Source: Chiloscyllium plagiosum (Eukaryota). From it: a stretch of DNA of 64,000 nucleotides. The stretch covers positions 10,079,562-10,143,561 of the forward strand of contig NC_057754.1 of NCBI RefSeq assembly GCF_004010195.1, read 5' to 3'. Shown one piece after another: positions 37,465 through 49,059 of the stretch (position 1 is the stretch's first letter; each line of letters starts with the position of its first letter). A program made the position numbers and the translations under genes. Below the pieces are notes generated by a model that was given only the letters and a program-made list of their open reading frames with translations, was not told where the DNA came from and did no database searches.

Positions 37465-37870
37465 GCTCCATTGACACGTCTCACGATCCCCTCGTCGGGC
37501 TCGCGCTGCGGATAGTCCCCAATCACTGGCCACGGGAGCCTAGTGCGCACGTGCAGGAGCGGGCTGAGCTCTGAGCATGCTCCGTCTCATTCCTGGGGCC
37601 AGTCTGCGGAGGAGCGGACGGTTCGGGCGGCGGGAGAAGAATGTGAGACCGGGTAGGAATGGAAGCCGCCGCAATGGGGCCTGGCGACTTTATCAACGCC
37701 TGAGGCCACGAATAAGAGCCCCTCGGCCCCGTGTTAACACCAAGGATGGTGACAGGCCCGAGGGGAGGGGGAGGGTGTACACTAACATCCATCTTGCAGG
37801 AGGCGGTGACCCTTCACTGGGAGAGCTCGGGTTATCCAGGTAACCCCGGCCGGCAGCCATCTTGGTAAGG
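37465..37870 (+). promoter_or_regulatory. CpG-island promoter and probable non-coding exon 1 of the ZNF gene
   Basis: High CpG; CCAAT (~37519); GTGCGCACGTGCA and GAGCATGCTC (NRF1-like); YY1-like GCAGCCATCTTG (37853-37864) abutting donor GTAAGG (37865); pyrimidine-rich acceptor ...ctttgcag ending at 38005. Confidence 0.75.
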
Positions 37871-38337
37871 GAATCCCATGTATAGCACAAGAGAAGTGGG
37901 GTTTGCAGCTTAAGGGCGACAATGTAAGAAAGCAGCCAGAGTTGTCTGCTCTGAATTTCTTTCCTGTGCATATCGTCACGAATTTTTTCAACTGCCCCTT
38001 TGCAGGGTGTCAAGGGGAGGAAACACAGGAAAACCAATTCGAAACACGACAGGGTGACTGGATTCAAAAAGACCTGATTAAGATCCGCCTTTGAATTTGG
38101 AAGGTGAAATGCTGTCTGTGGGAAAAGATTTCACACATCGGTGTGACTAGGAAAGCATCGAGACTCTCTCAATCCCTTGAGTGAGAGTCGTCCAACGAAC
38201 TGACTGTGGAAAGAGCTTTAATTAATTATACAGCCCGAAGACCATCACATCATTCACTGTGTTTAGAAACGTGTTGCATACCTGAACAAGTTTTGAACTT
38301 GCCATTAAACCTGGAAAGATACAAGGACGCCAACAAC

Positions 38338-39654
38338 ATGGAGAAACCTTGGAAATGTGAAAACTGTGGGAAGAGATTCAGATACCCATCCAGGTTGGAA
38401 TATCATCGACGCAGTCACATTGGGGTTGGCACTGGACAGAAACCATGGAAGTGTGAGGACTGTGGCAAAGGATTTGATTATCCATGCCTGCTGGAAACCC
38501 ATCGACGCAGTCACACTGGAGACAGGCCATTCATCTGCTCCATGTGTGGAAAGGGGTTTGCCAAGTCAGCCAGCCTCATGTTACATCAGCGAATTCACAC
38601 TGAGGAGAGACCATTCAAGTGCAGTTATTGTGGAAAAAGGTTCAGACAGTCATCCACCCTCACTGCACACCAGCGAATTCACACTGGGGAGAAGCCGTTT
38701 ACCTGCTCAGTATGCGGGAAGAGATTTGCTCAGTCATCCAGCCTCCAGTCACATCAGCAAATTCACACTGGGAAGAGGCTATTCAATGGCACTTCCCACA
38801 GAAAGAGGTTGAAGCCTTCAGCTGACCTGATGTCACATCAGCATGAAGATCCTGCACAGAGGCCATTCACCTGCTCCATGTGTGGGAAGGGATTTACTCA
38901 ATCAGCCAGCCTCATGTTACATCAGAGAATTCACACTGAGGAGATGCCATTCAGTTGCAGTCACTGTGGGAAGAGGTTCAGGTCTTCATCCAACCTCAAT
39001 GCACACCAGAGAGTTCACACTGGGGAGAAGCCATTCATCTGCTCGGAGTGTGGAATGGGATTCACACAGTCAGCAAACCTGGCTGTACACCAACGAATTC
39101 ACACTGAGGAGAAGCCATTCAATTGCACTCACTGCGGAAGGAATTTCAGGCAATCATCTACCCTCACCGCGCACTTACGCACTCACACTGGAGAGAGACC
39201 ATTCACCTGTTCAGAATGTGGGAAGGGATTCACCCAGTCAGCCAGTCTCATGTTACATCAGCGAATTCATAATGGAGAGATGCTGTTTAGCTGCTCTTAC
39301 TGTGGAAAGGGTTTCAGGCAGTCTTCTGACCTCACTGCACACCAGAGAGTTCACACTGGAGAGAAGCCATTCATCTGCCCTGATTGTGGGAAAGGATTCA
39401 CTCATTCATCTGGCCTTTGGTCACATAAGCGAGTTCACACTGGGGAGAAGCAATTCAGCTGCATTGCCTGTGGAAAGAGGTTCAGGTCTGCTTCTGACCT
39501 CAACGTACACAAGCGAGTTCACACCGGGGAGAGGCCATTCATCTGCTCCACTTGTGGGAAGGGATTCACACGGTCATCCAATCTGTTGACACATCAGCGA
39601 ATTCATAAGCGTCAGAAGAGTTTGACTTCTGTTGTTAATCACATTCAGGTTTGA
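38338..39654 (+). CDS. Tandem C2H2 zinc-finger protein (438 aa; 14 canonical fingers and 1 degenerate; no KRAB/SCAN)
   Basis: Uninterrupted ORF; first in-frame ATG (AACATGG) gives MEKPWKC; repeated CxxC-x12-HxxxH with TGE(K/R)PF linkers; AATAAA at 39824-39829. Confidence 0.93.
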   Translation: MEKPWKCENCGKRFRYPSRLEYHRRSHIGVGTGQKPWKCEDCGKGFDYPCLLETHRRSHTGDRPFICSMCGKGFAKSASLMLHQRIHTEERPFKCSYCGKRFRQSSTLTAHQRIHTGEKPFTCSVCGKRFAQSSSLQSHQQIHTGKRLFNGTSHRKRLKPSADLMSHQHEDPAQRPFTCSMCGKGFTQSASLMLHQRIHTEEMPFSCSHCGKRFRSSSNLNAHQRVHTGEKPFICSECGMGFTQSANLAVHQRIHTEEKPFNCTHCGRNFRQSSTLTAHLRTHTGERPFTCSECGKGFTQSASLMLHQRIHNGEMLFSCSYCGKGFRQSSDLTAHQRVHTGEKPFICPDCGKGFTHSSGLWSHKRVHTGEKQFSCIACGKRFRSASDLNVHKRVHTGERPFICSTCGKGFTRSSNLLTHQRIHKRQKSLTSVVNHIQV

Positions 39655-39999
39655 TCATATGATAATATTTGACGGGTTTCTGTTGAATGTAACAACTTTG
39701 GTAACTGGCTTTAGTTGAATATTTTAGATCTGCTCCTGATTTTTGGGGTTGCAATATCCCTTAAAAAACACCATCTGTGATCTATTCACTTAATTTAAGA
39801 ACTCCTGATAGGAACTTGATTATAATAAATTTGAGCTTTTACTTCAATCCAAAATTTATCTTTGGTGCAAATCTAAAAGTCTGAAAGGTTTCATTGAATC
39901 TCCAATTAAAAAGTGCTGATAAATTTTTGCTGATAATTCTTACAAACTTATACATCCTTCACATTTTGAAATTAAATGATCAGAAGCAAAAAAAAAACT

Positions 40000-40950
40000 T
40001 TGCCACACTGGGAAAACATAGTAATGTCACTCAACATTGATTTTAATAAAGTTTGGGAGGTGCAAAATTCAAACATTATGACCCAGCAGCAGCTACACTT
40101 GGTCAAGACAGAACCCTTGTAAAAGACTGGTCTGAGACCAGCTAATGACCATCTGTCATTAAAGCAAAAAGCAAAGCCCGCCTGATATACAACGTAAACC
40201 CAAAATCTACAACGTGGAATCATTTGAAAGTAGCTGAGACTTTCAGACAAAAAGAAAGGGAGACACTGTGTAAAGAAACACTGGATCAATTACCTTTGTC
40301 AAGGAATCCAAATTGCCTGTGACAGTAGAAATCTATGTCCTACATTTGTTGGGATCAAGAGTATACTTGGTCCAACCAGCATTAAAGTTAGCCCCTTGAG
40401 ATCAGGAGATGTTAAAATTCTCATTGATGAAAGTAAGAAGATGCCCCACTGCATTAAGCACTCCTTTGAACTGTACTCCTGTGACACAGATAAAGTCCTG
40501 TCTCCATTTCACACACTCCTGCAGCTTCTTATTGTGGTTGACTTGGATACAGAGCCTTCATCACCCGACCTGGAAAAAGCCGTGGATTGCCAAGCAAGCA
40601 GAAAGGCCGTCGGTGAGGATGGAATCACAGCCAGACTGTTCAAACACAGAAAGTCACATGTACGGCTGCATCTAAGTTCCTCCTCCTCCTGTTGGGATAT
40701 AGGATCTGTTCCATACGACATGCATGATGCAAAAATCGCCACAAGCTATGAAAACAGAGACAGAGGAGATTGCAACAATGACCGAGGCATGTCATTCCTA
40801 AGTGTTACAGACAAGACTTTCCCGAGGGTCATGTTTAAATGATTCCAGTTATTTACAGAGCTAGTGTATCCAGAAGGACGATGTGCTTCCTGTGCTGACA
40901 GATCAACAGTGGACAGGATCTTCTCCATACACCAGCTACAAAGGAAGTTT
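40000..40950 (+). mobile_element. RTE-clade LINE fragment (linker and RT N-terminus)
   Basis: KAVGEDGITARLFK...VPYDMHDAKI...DCNNDRGMSFLSV...VYPE...RSTVDRIFSIHQLQ. Confidence 0.8.
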
Positions 40951-40979
40951 ATAATTGGAATAAAACAAAGAACTAATGA

Positions 40980-42025
40980 TCATGAAATCCCTACAGTGTG
41001 GAAACAGGCCACTTGGCCCAACAAGTCCACATCAACCCTCCGAAGAGTAACCCACCCAGACCCATTCCCCTACCCTACTGCTCTGTATTTCCCCTGGCTA
41101 ATGGACCTAAATGACCCCAACACAAGGGAAATATTTCCCTCCCCACTCCTATCTGCACTCCGTAAAGACCATTCCCTCCGCGAATCCCTTGTTAGGTCCA
41201 CTACCCCCACCAGCCCACACTCCTCCCTCAATCTCTGTCCAAGGCTCCAAAGGAGCCTTCCGCATCCGTCAGAGATGTGGTTTCCTTTACACTGGGGAGA
41301 CAGGACACCTACTTGCGAAAAGCTTCAGAGAACATCTGGCCACACGCACAAAACAACCTCATCGCCCTGTGGCCGAACACTTTAACTTCCCCTCCCCTCC
41401 CGCCAAGGACATGCAGGTTCTGGGTTTCCTCCACCACCAAACACTTAACCACCCGATGTCTGGAGGAAGAATGTCTCATCTTCCACCTTGGGACCTTCCA
41501 ATCATACAGGGTGAATGTGAGTTTCACCAGTTTCCTCATTTTCCCCCCCCCCCCTCCCCACTGCCCTCTTAACCTGTCCTACCTGTCCATCTTCCTTCCC
41601 ACCTATCTGCTCCTCCCTCCTTTCCGACCTATCACTTTCACCTCCAGCTTCATTTACCTATCGTGTTCTCTACCGTACCCCACACACACACACACCCTTG
41701 GGCCACTGATGAAGAGCTTATGCTTGAAATGTTGATTCTCCTGTCCTTGGATGCTGCCTGAGTGGCTGCGCTTTTCCAGCACCACACTGTTCGACTTTGA
41801 TTTCCAGCGTCTGCAGTCCTCATTTTCTCCTAATGGACCTAATCTACGTGTCCCTGAACACTACGGGCAATTTAGCATGTCCAGTTCGCCTAACCTGCAC
41901 ATCTTGGACTGTGGGAGGAAATAGGGAGAATGTGCAAACTCTACAGAGACAGTTGTCCAAGGCTGGAATCAAACCCAGGTCCTTGGCACTGTGAGGCAGC
42001 AGTGCTAACCACTGAGCCACCATGT
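40980..42025 (-). mobile_element. HE1-type SINE split by a PLE insertion
   Basis: 3' part at 40980-41110 and head/V-domain at 41830-42025. Confidence 0.8.
41111..41829 (+). mobile_element. Neptune-like PLE 3' fragment: GIY-YIG endonuclease, pyrimidine tract, hammerhead-bearing pLTR
   Basis: CGFLYTGETG...FREHL...PVAEHFN...LEEECLIFHLGT; CTGATGA (41706-41712)...GAAATGTT; 13-bp TSD CTAATGGACCTAA (41098-41110, 41830-41842). Confidence 0.9.
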
Positions 42026-42044
42026 TGGACATCTAAACACACAC

Positions 42045-42215
42045 ACAACTAGAAACTGCTAGAGAAGTTCATCAGGTTTGGCAGTATTTGTGGAAAGAAA
42101 GCAGAGTTAATGTTTCAAGTCTGCAATTTTGAAGGTCATTGGACTCAAAACATTTATTTTCTGTCCACAGATACTGCCAGACCTGTGGTGTTTCTTCAAC
42201 AATTTCGATTTTTGT
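42045..42215. mobile_element. Degenerate fold-back element (older PLE family); relatives at ~45070-45200, 45270-45440, 52770-52905, 62330-62440
   Basis: caggtttggcagtatttgtgga inverted against tccacagatactgccagacctg. Confidence 0.6.
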
Positions 42216-42881
42216 GAGTTTATAATTGATGTTTAGTTTAAAATGCGACCAGCTTCTGTGCTGAGAACAATGAAATGTTATAACATTTTATCTGTTATAG
42301 CATTGTCTATGTGTACTTTCTAATTCATTACTGAGTGAAAATAAGTCTCCGTATATGATTTACAAAATACATGTAGAATTGGAAAAGGTAGGAAAATGTT
42401 TGATTCCAAAAAGTTAAGCTTCAGTTTTGAGGTTATAGTCTGGATCTCTCAAACTATAAACCCCAACCTTTTTTAAAATTCTTAGTCTAAGAAGCTTTGT
42501 ATCCCTGTGAAAGGCGAACCTTTTTACTTTTTCTGCAATTACAATCATTTGGAAAGGCTCTTGAAGACAGGCAAGAAATATCAAAGCTGAGAAAGCACCC
42601 AAAGGAATTGGAAAAAAATGTATTAATGTAAAGTTGTTGAATGTTTATTTCAACATTTGCAATCATGCAGAGAAGTTAACTCATACCACTGACAATGTGG
42701 TGACAATTTGATTGGGAGACTTTGCCTTTTAAAGATTTGGTTTCATCCCATTTGTTGCTTTTCAAAACAATATGCTTGAGAATGGGAGATTTCGGAGTTG
42801 ATGTCAGAACTGATTGCCAGTACTTCAGCCTCTGATCTACAGACACCATATAATGTGAATACTAAATAATAATTTGCATTT

Positions 42882-44070
42882 TTGAGGGAGTGACAAAGAC
42901 ATTTGATTGAGACAGGAAGCTAGACGACATCTATGTGGAATTCAGCAAGGCATTCGACAATGTTCCGCATGGTAGACTGGTTAGCAAGGAATCCAAAAGG
43001 AGCTAGCCAAATGAATACAAAATTGGCTTGAAGACAGGAGACAGAAGATGGTGGTGGAGGGTTGTTTTTCACATTGGAGGCCTGTGACCACCGGTATGCA
43101 GCAAAGATTGGTACTGGGTTCACTGCTTTTCATTATGTATATAAATTATTTGAATGTGAATACAGGAGATATGGTTAGTAAGTTTGCAGATGACACCAAA
43201 ATTGGTGGTGTAGTGGACAGTGTAGATGGTTATCTCAGTGTACAAGGAGACCTTAATCAGATGAGCTGATGGGCTGAGAAGAGGCAGATTGAGTTTAATT
43301 TAGATAAGTGTGAGGTGTTGTATTTTGCTAGGGCAAATCAAAGCAGGACTTATACAGTTAATGGTAGGGCCGTGGGGAGTATTGCAGAACAAAAGGACCT
43401 AGGAATGCAGGTGCACAGTTCCTTGAAAGTGGAGTTGCAGGTAGTGAAGAAGGCGTTTGATACATATTCCTTTATTGGTCAGTGCATTGAGTATGGGAGT
43501 TGGAATATCGTGTTGGGGGCAATGTACAAGACATTGGTCAGGCCACTTTTAGAAAACTGGGTTTAATTCTGGTCTCCCTGCTACAGGAAAGACATTAAAT
43601 TTGATACGGTTCAGAAAAGATTTACAAAGATGTTGCTGGGATTAGACAGATGGAGCTATAGGGAGAGACTGAATAGGCGAGGGCTTTTGTTCTTGGAGCT
43701 TGGAGGCTGAGGAGTGGCCTTATAGAGGTTTATTAAATCATGAGGAGGCATGTATAGCCAAGATCTTTTTCCCAGGGCAGAAGAGTCCAAAACCAGGGGG
43801 CATAGGTTTAAGCTGAGAGAGGAAAGATTTAAAAGGGACCTTTAAAGGGGCAACTTTTTCACGCAGAGGTTGGTGTGTCTATGGAACGAGCTGCCAGAGG
43901 AAATGGTGGACATGGGTACAATTACAACATTCAAAAGGGTGGTAAATGAATAGGAAGGATTTAGAGGGTTATGAGTGCTGGAAAATGGGAATGGATCAGT
44001 TTAGGATATCTAGTTGGCTTGGACGAGTTGGACCGAAGGGTCTGTTTCAATGCTGTATAGCTCTGTGATT
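42882..44070 (+). mobile_element. CR1 RT and 3' fragment
   Basis: YVEFSKAFDNVPH, VSKFADDTKIGG, YKTLVRPLLE, 3' UTR. Confidence 0.9.
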
Positions 44071-44121
44071 GACAGTAAAGTTCCTTCAGGGCTTCTGACA
44101 GAGAATAGTAATTATTGAAAT

Positions 44122-44847
44122 TGTGGCCGGATGAGCCAAAATGATGAATTTATGATGGATTTACAAAGATTTGATGAAAACTAAGGCATGCTGGGAAACG
44201 GAGTCAACCCTTGACCAAAGTGACTGTGCTACAGAATCTAGACAGGCTGCAGCTACAAACAGACAGTTTGCAATTGACCTGGTAGCTGCAGACCACACAG
44301 TTCACATCCAAATTTAGGTTTAGGTTTGAATAGAGTCAACCGGAACACTGTGCTCAGGGTAGTTGGAAACATCGGGGTGGGCACCGGACACAGGGGCCCC
44401 TCACATGCTTATTTGGAGGGGGCTTCGTGCTCCTAGCACCCCCAGGAATGGATGCCTAAGGACCACCCTGCCATCGAGATGCCAACGCCTGTTTGGGTCC
44501 GATCGATCAGAGTGATCAAGCCTGATCGATCTATTGGTGAACAGTAAAAGCAGTAACCCGAGACCAACCACCGCGAAGAGAAGACACCCCTGGGACCACC
44601 GAGGGAAGACCAGACAATCATCAGTAAGTGCATCAAGGACAAGATCTATTGTGGTGGTATGTGATCATCCAGAATTAAGGTAAAACACAAGATAGATTTG
44701 TGGTGTAAATCATTAGTTTATAGAGTATTCTGTTGTTATAGTATTAATTGTTCAAATAAATTAATATTGTTTATTATTATTAAGAGTCGACTCGCAGTTC
44801 TTTTGCTGGATATAGGAGTTAAAACACACCGTGTGGCAGGCACAACA
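44122..44847 (+). mobile_element. Possible solo LTR
   Basis: TG...CA ends, CpG-retaining, AATAAA ~44755; no TSD seen. Confidence 0.4.
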
Positions 44848-45729
44848 CAGTGCTCCTCTTAGAGTAAAAGATACAGAAAAAACCCATCACAGAATGGAAA
44901 TTAGAATGTTATTCTGTCTTTAGTTAAAGCTATCTGCTGTCGAGGTACATTTTAGTGAAAAGTCTGGAAAATATGGATGAAACAAGTAAGTTGACAGTAA
45001 AAGACCTGTTGGTACTGGAGATCTGAATCTCGTGATTCTCAACATCTAAATTAAATTTCATCTTTAAATTTGTGGAGAGAAAGCAGAGTTAACATCTCAG
45101 GTTCAAGAAGGATTACTGGACCCAAAAGGTTATTGCTGTTTTCTCTCCACACGTGCTGCCAGCTCTGCTAAGTTTACACAGCAATCTGTTTCTCATTCTG
45201 ATTTATAACTTCCACAGGACTTTTTTTCATATTAGCTTTTCGTTCTCCAAAGTGAAAAACCTAGTATCACCAATAAAAGCAAAATATTGTTGATGTTGGA
45301 AGTTCTGAAACAAACCACAGAGAAACTGGAAAAAAAACTCAGCAGGTCTGGCAGCATCTGTGGAAAGATAGCATTTCCACTTGGATATGGTTGTTCTTCA
45401 GAATTCTGAGTTTCTGCAGAGTTTCTCCAGCATACTCTGTCTCTGATCTCCAATCACATAAGTGGTGCTGCTCATTACTTACCAATTCTTGGGAGTGTTT
45501 TCTGGATTCTGTATTGCCTTTACCTCATATTAGAACATGGTGCTCAGGTCTTAGTGAAATGTTTGAGTTCATCATGAACTCATCTGAAATCAGCCTTTGA
45601 ATTATTTGTGCATTGTGTCATCATGTTCCCCATTTCAGTAACGAACATTGAAATATTTGCTCCATTCCCACAGGATTTGAACTGTTCAAAGGTACAAACA
45701 GAAGGCTCCAGTTTTCTCATGGAGTTTAA

Positions 45730-46090
45730 CACCGAAGTCTTCCAGCCAATGAGGGAGGGTGGGATCAGTCCCTCTTTGACTGCTTGATTAGCTGTAAAAC
45801 CTGCTCAGTATTCCAGCACCGTGCCATCTAACTGGGGGGTAGAGAGCTGAGCATGCACAGTCAGTTTGTAGGCACTGGAGAGATTTGCATTCTGTGCCTC
45901 TGTAGGAGAGGCCGCGGTGGAGTCTATGTAGGTGTGAGTAGCAGCGGGTGAGCGAGAAATTAGCGTAAACATCAGGATCCTGAAAGAGAAGGTAACTAAA
46001 GTGTGTTTGGACCAACCTGCAAAGTATTTGTACCTCCTCTGCTGACAAGCCACCTCTTCACCAGCTAGCGTGAATGCACAGCGCATGACT
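45730..46090 (+). promoter_or_regulatory. Probable (decaying) promoter/first exon similar in layout to the ZNF promoter
   Basis: CCAAT (45746-45750), CTGAGCATGCAC (~45847-45858), residual CpGs, GAAG|GTAACT donor at 45992. Confidence 0.45.
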
Positions 46091-46110
46091 GACCAGGCAT
46101 CAATGTTGAA

Positions 46111-46200
46111 TAGTTCTGAGGAACAGTCACTCGACCCGAAACATTAACTCTGATTTCTCTCCACAGATGCTGCCAGACCTGATGAGCTTTTCCAGCAATT
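46111..46200 (+). mobile_element. PLE pLTR fragment with a decayed hammerhead motif
   Basis: AGTT-CTGAGGA (46116-46122)...GTC ACTC GAC...GAAACATT-AACT; stem I AGTT/AACT. Confidence 0.55.
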
Positions 46201-46379
46201 TTATGGAATATTGAGTGTCTCTTTGGGACTAAGATGGAGAAGGAATCTCAAGAAAGTATCCAGAGGAACCTGGTAGAGTGAATGGAGAATTTGTTTTTCT
46301 TGTGGAAGAGGATAGCACTAGGAGACAATCTAAAAACAAGGATTTATATTTAAAATGGAAATTACAGAATAACCGAATT

Positions 46380-47490
46380 GTCACAAAAACAATGAGGCCA
46401 TTCGGTCCCTCATGCCTGCCTTGGTTCTATTATCTAGTGCCAGTCACTTTCTTTTCCCATATTCCTGTATACCATTTTCACAAAAATAATCATCTAATCC
46501 CTTCTGAATGCCTCAACTGAACATACCTCCACCACATTTCCAGGCAATGCATTCCATAATGCCTGCTGTTTGGAAAAAAAAAGTTCCCAACTCACACTTG
46601 CTTCATTTTCTTATCACTTTAAAGTGATGCCATCTCATTCTTTGTCCTTTCATGAGCAGGAACAGCTCCATACTTGCTTTGTCCAGCTCATGATTTTGAA
46701 AACCTGTATCAAATCTCCTCTGTCACCTTCTCTGTGAGAACAGTCCAAGCTGCTTGAATCTGTGCTGAAGTTTTTCATTCCTGGAACCATTCTTTTAAAT
46801 CCCTTTGCAGTCTCTCCAATGCATTCAGATCTTTTCTGTTATATGCCACCCACAATACTCAGCTGTGATCTAACAAGTGCCTTGCACAAGTTCGCATCAT
46901 CTCCTTGATCTTGTATTCAATGCCCTTACTAATAAATCTGAAAACTCCATTTATTAACTGTGCTCTCCACTTCTCCTAGAATTTTCAATAGATTGTAAAT
47001 CCATGCTGACTGTCAGATTCTACCACTGTTTTCTAAGTGTTCTGCTGTAAAACCCTTGATAATGCATCTTCCCCAATACCTATATCAGACTCACTTGTCT
47101 GTAATTCTGTTATCTCTCTCCCTCCCTTTTTAAACAGTGGAGATACATTAGCTACCCTCAAATCTGTAGGAACTTTTCCAGAATCTAATTAATCTTGGAA
47201 GATGATTCTCTTTTTCTAGAGCCACTTCCTCAAGTAGTCTGGCATGTAGATTATCAGGCCCTGGAAATTTATCAGCCTTGAATCCCATCGGTTTCTCCAA
47301 TGCCATTTCTTTACTAATTCAGATTTGCTTTAATTCTTCCCTCATTCTAAACCCTGTGTTCCCCATTCTCTCTGGTACATTATTCATGTCATCCTTTGAG
47401 AAGACAAAGCAATTTTTTTTTAAATTTAGTTTATTAGTCATTTCTTTGTTCTCCATTATACATTACTCTGTTTCTGACTGTAAGGAGTTC
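46380..47490 (-). mobile_element. Old CR1 fragments
   Basis: CR1 3'-end motif; minus KADKFPGPD-like segment (~47250-47280). Confidence 0.55.
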
Positions 47491-47499
47491 AGACAATTG

Positions 47500-47860
47500 T
47501 CCAACCTGTAGATACATCAGCAAGTGCACGCTGGGGAGAGGCTGTTCACCTGCTCTTTGTGAGAGAAGGGCTTCATTAATTCATTCAACTTGCTGAAACA
47601 CACGGGGAAGAGACATTTCTAACACCTAGACTATGGGAAGTGCTATTAAAGTTCTGGGGATCTGCCTCACCATTGACCTGCTCACACTGACACAAGTCCA
47701 TTTAGGTGCACTCATTGCAGAAGTGAATGCAGGCAGTCATCTGATCTGTCTGTACACCAGCGAGTTCACGGGGGAGAGGCCATTTGCCTGCTCCCTGTGT
47801 GGAAAGGTCTGCTCCTATATCGACCCTGCTGACAGCAAATTCAGCAAATGCTGTGATTGG
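47500..47860 (+). pseudogene. C2H2 zinc-finger pseudogene, 3' fragment
   Basis: HQQVHAGERLFTCSL*EKGF and HQRVHG/GERPFACSLCGK remnants with stops and frameshifts; 5' part replaced by CR1. Confidence 0.8.
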
Positions 47861-48559
47861 ATTCTGCTATTGTAGCTAGTCAAAGTCTAGCACTGAACCG
47901 GTTTCATTCTGACTGTTGCAATCTGTTTTTGATGATTTTAATCATCTCCTGCCCAGATTCAATTGTTGGAATTCTGGATAATTGTCCAATCTGCTTACTA
48001 TTTACAAAAGTACATTGAGTCTTTGGAGATCACTAAGACAAGTTAGTTCTTTTTGAAATAACCTCTTTGTTATTTCACAATAACCAGTGTGTGCACAGCA
48101 AGATCCTGCAATCAGCAGGAAAACAAGGAACCACTTTATAAATATTTTGTTTTTTTGTTGTTATTTAAAGCAGGAATTTTGGTCCCACGATAGACAGGAG
48201 AACTTTTCTTTGGATAACGTGGAATTGTTGAGGTCTCCTGAGCTGAGAGTGGAGCCAACTGGGATTTGGGGTCTGCAGTCGATCTTTAAGAACTGTTATA
48301 TGGGATCTTTTCTGTTCATTCACTGACGGGCAGCTGAAGTTGTTCTACAGTAAAATAGTTCACTTGAAACATCAAACCCAATTTAATCTTTGGAGAAAAT
48401 TTTACAGCTTTAAATCAGTACGGCCACTTCAGCTGTCTTCCTTTTCTCTAAATTTGAATAATAACTACCTAGGTTCTCACACAGCTTTTTGTGCTTGTAA
48501 CTCACCAATATTGTTCACCAAACTATACGTTTGTGTGCATGCATTTTGAAACAGGGGTT

Positions 48560-48795
48560 CACACTTTTTCACGCAGAGAGTGGTACGTGTATGGAATGAG
48601 CTGCCAGATGATGTGGTGGAGGCTGGTATAATTGCAACACTTAAGAGGCATTTGGATGGGTATATGAATAGGAAGGGTTTGGAGGGATATGGGCCGGGTG
48701 CTGGCAGGTGGGACTAGATTAGGTTGGGATATCTGGTCGGCATGGACGGGTTGGACCGAAGGGTCTGTTTCCATGCTGTACATCTCTATGACTCT
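48560..48795 (+). mobile_element. CR1 extreme 3' fragment
   Basis: FFTQRVVRVWNELP...; 3' UTR near-identical to 25620-25848. Confidence 0.85.
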
Positions 48796-49059
48796 TTGAC
48801 TCTCCATCCTGGGATGAACAGGGTGGGATGCATTTGGAGATGGGATATTCTCAGTTCCCCACATTTAAAGAGAAAAGGAACAGATCGCCTGGGCTGGATG
48901 ATGCTGTTTATGACATCACTGCACTGCCAAGAAACAATCCTCCCTGAGCCTTACTCCCTAATGGACTGGATTTAGCTCAGTTTTAGAGTCATGGAGCCAT
49001 AGAGATGTAAAGCATGAAAACAGACCTTTCAGTCAAACTCAGCCATGGTGACCATTAAT

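Noticed and set aside
38206..38337. N-terminal extension of the 482-aa ORF
   Set aside because: Starts at GTG in decayed finger sequence; the first in-frame ATG is at 38338
38843..39589. 248-aa overlapping alternative-frame ORF (and 38357-38812)
   Set aside because: Typical shadow frame of C2H2 codon repeats; no independent evidence
32850..39654. Existing SCAN-ZNF fusion gene
   Set aside because: The gag is antisense to the ZNF gene, frameshifted, and upstream of its promoter
45788..46086. Minus-strand 86/93-aa ORFs (also those at 52271-52750)
   Set aside because: No recognisable domain, and lengths are compatible with chance
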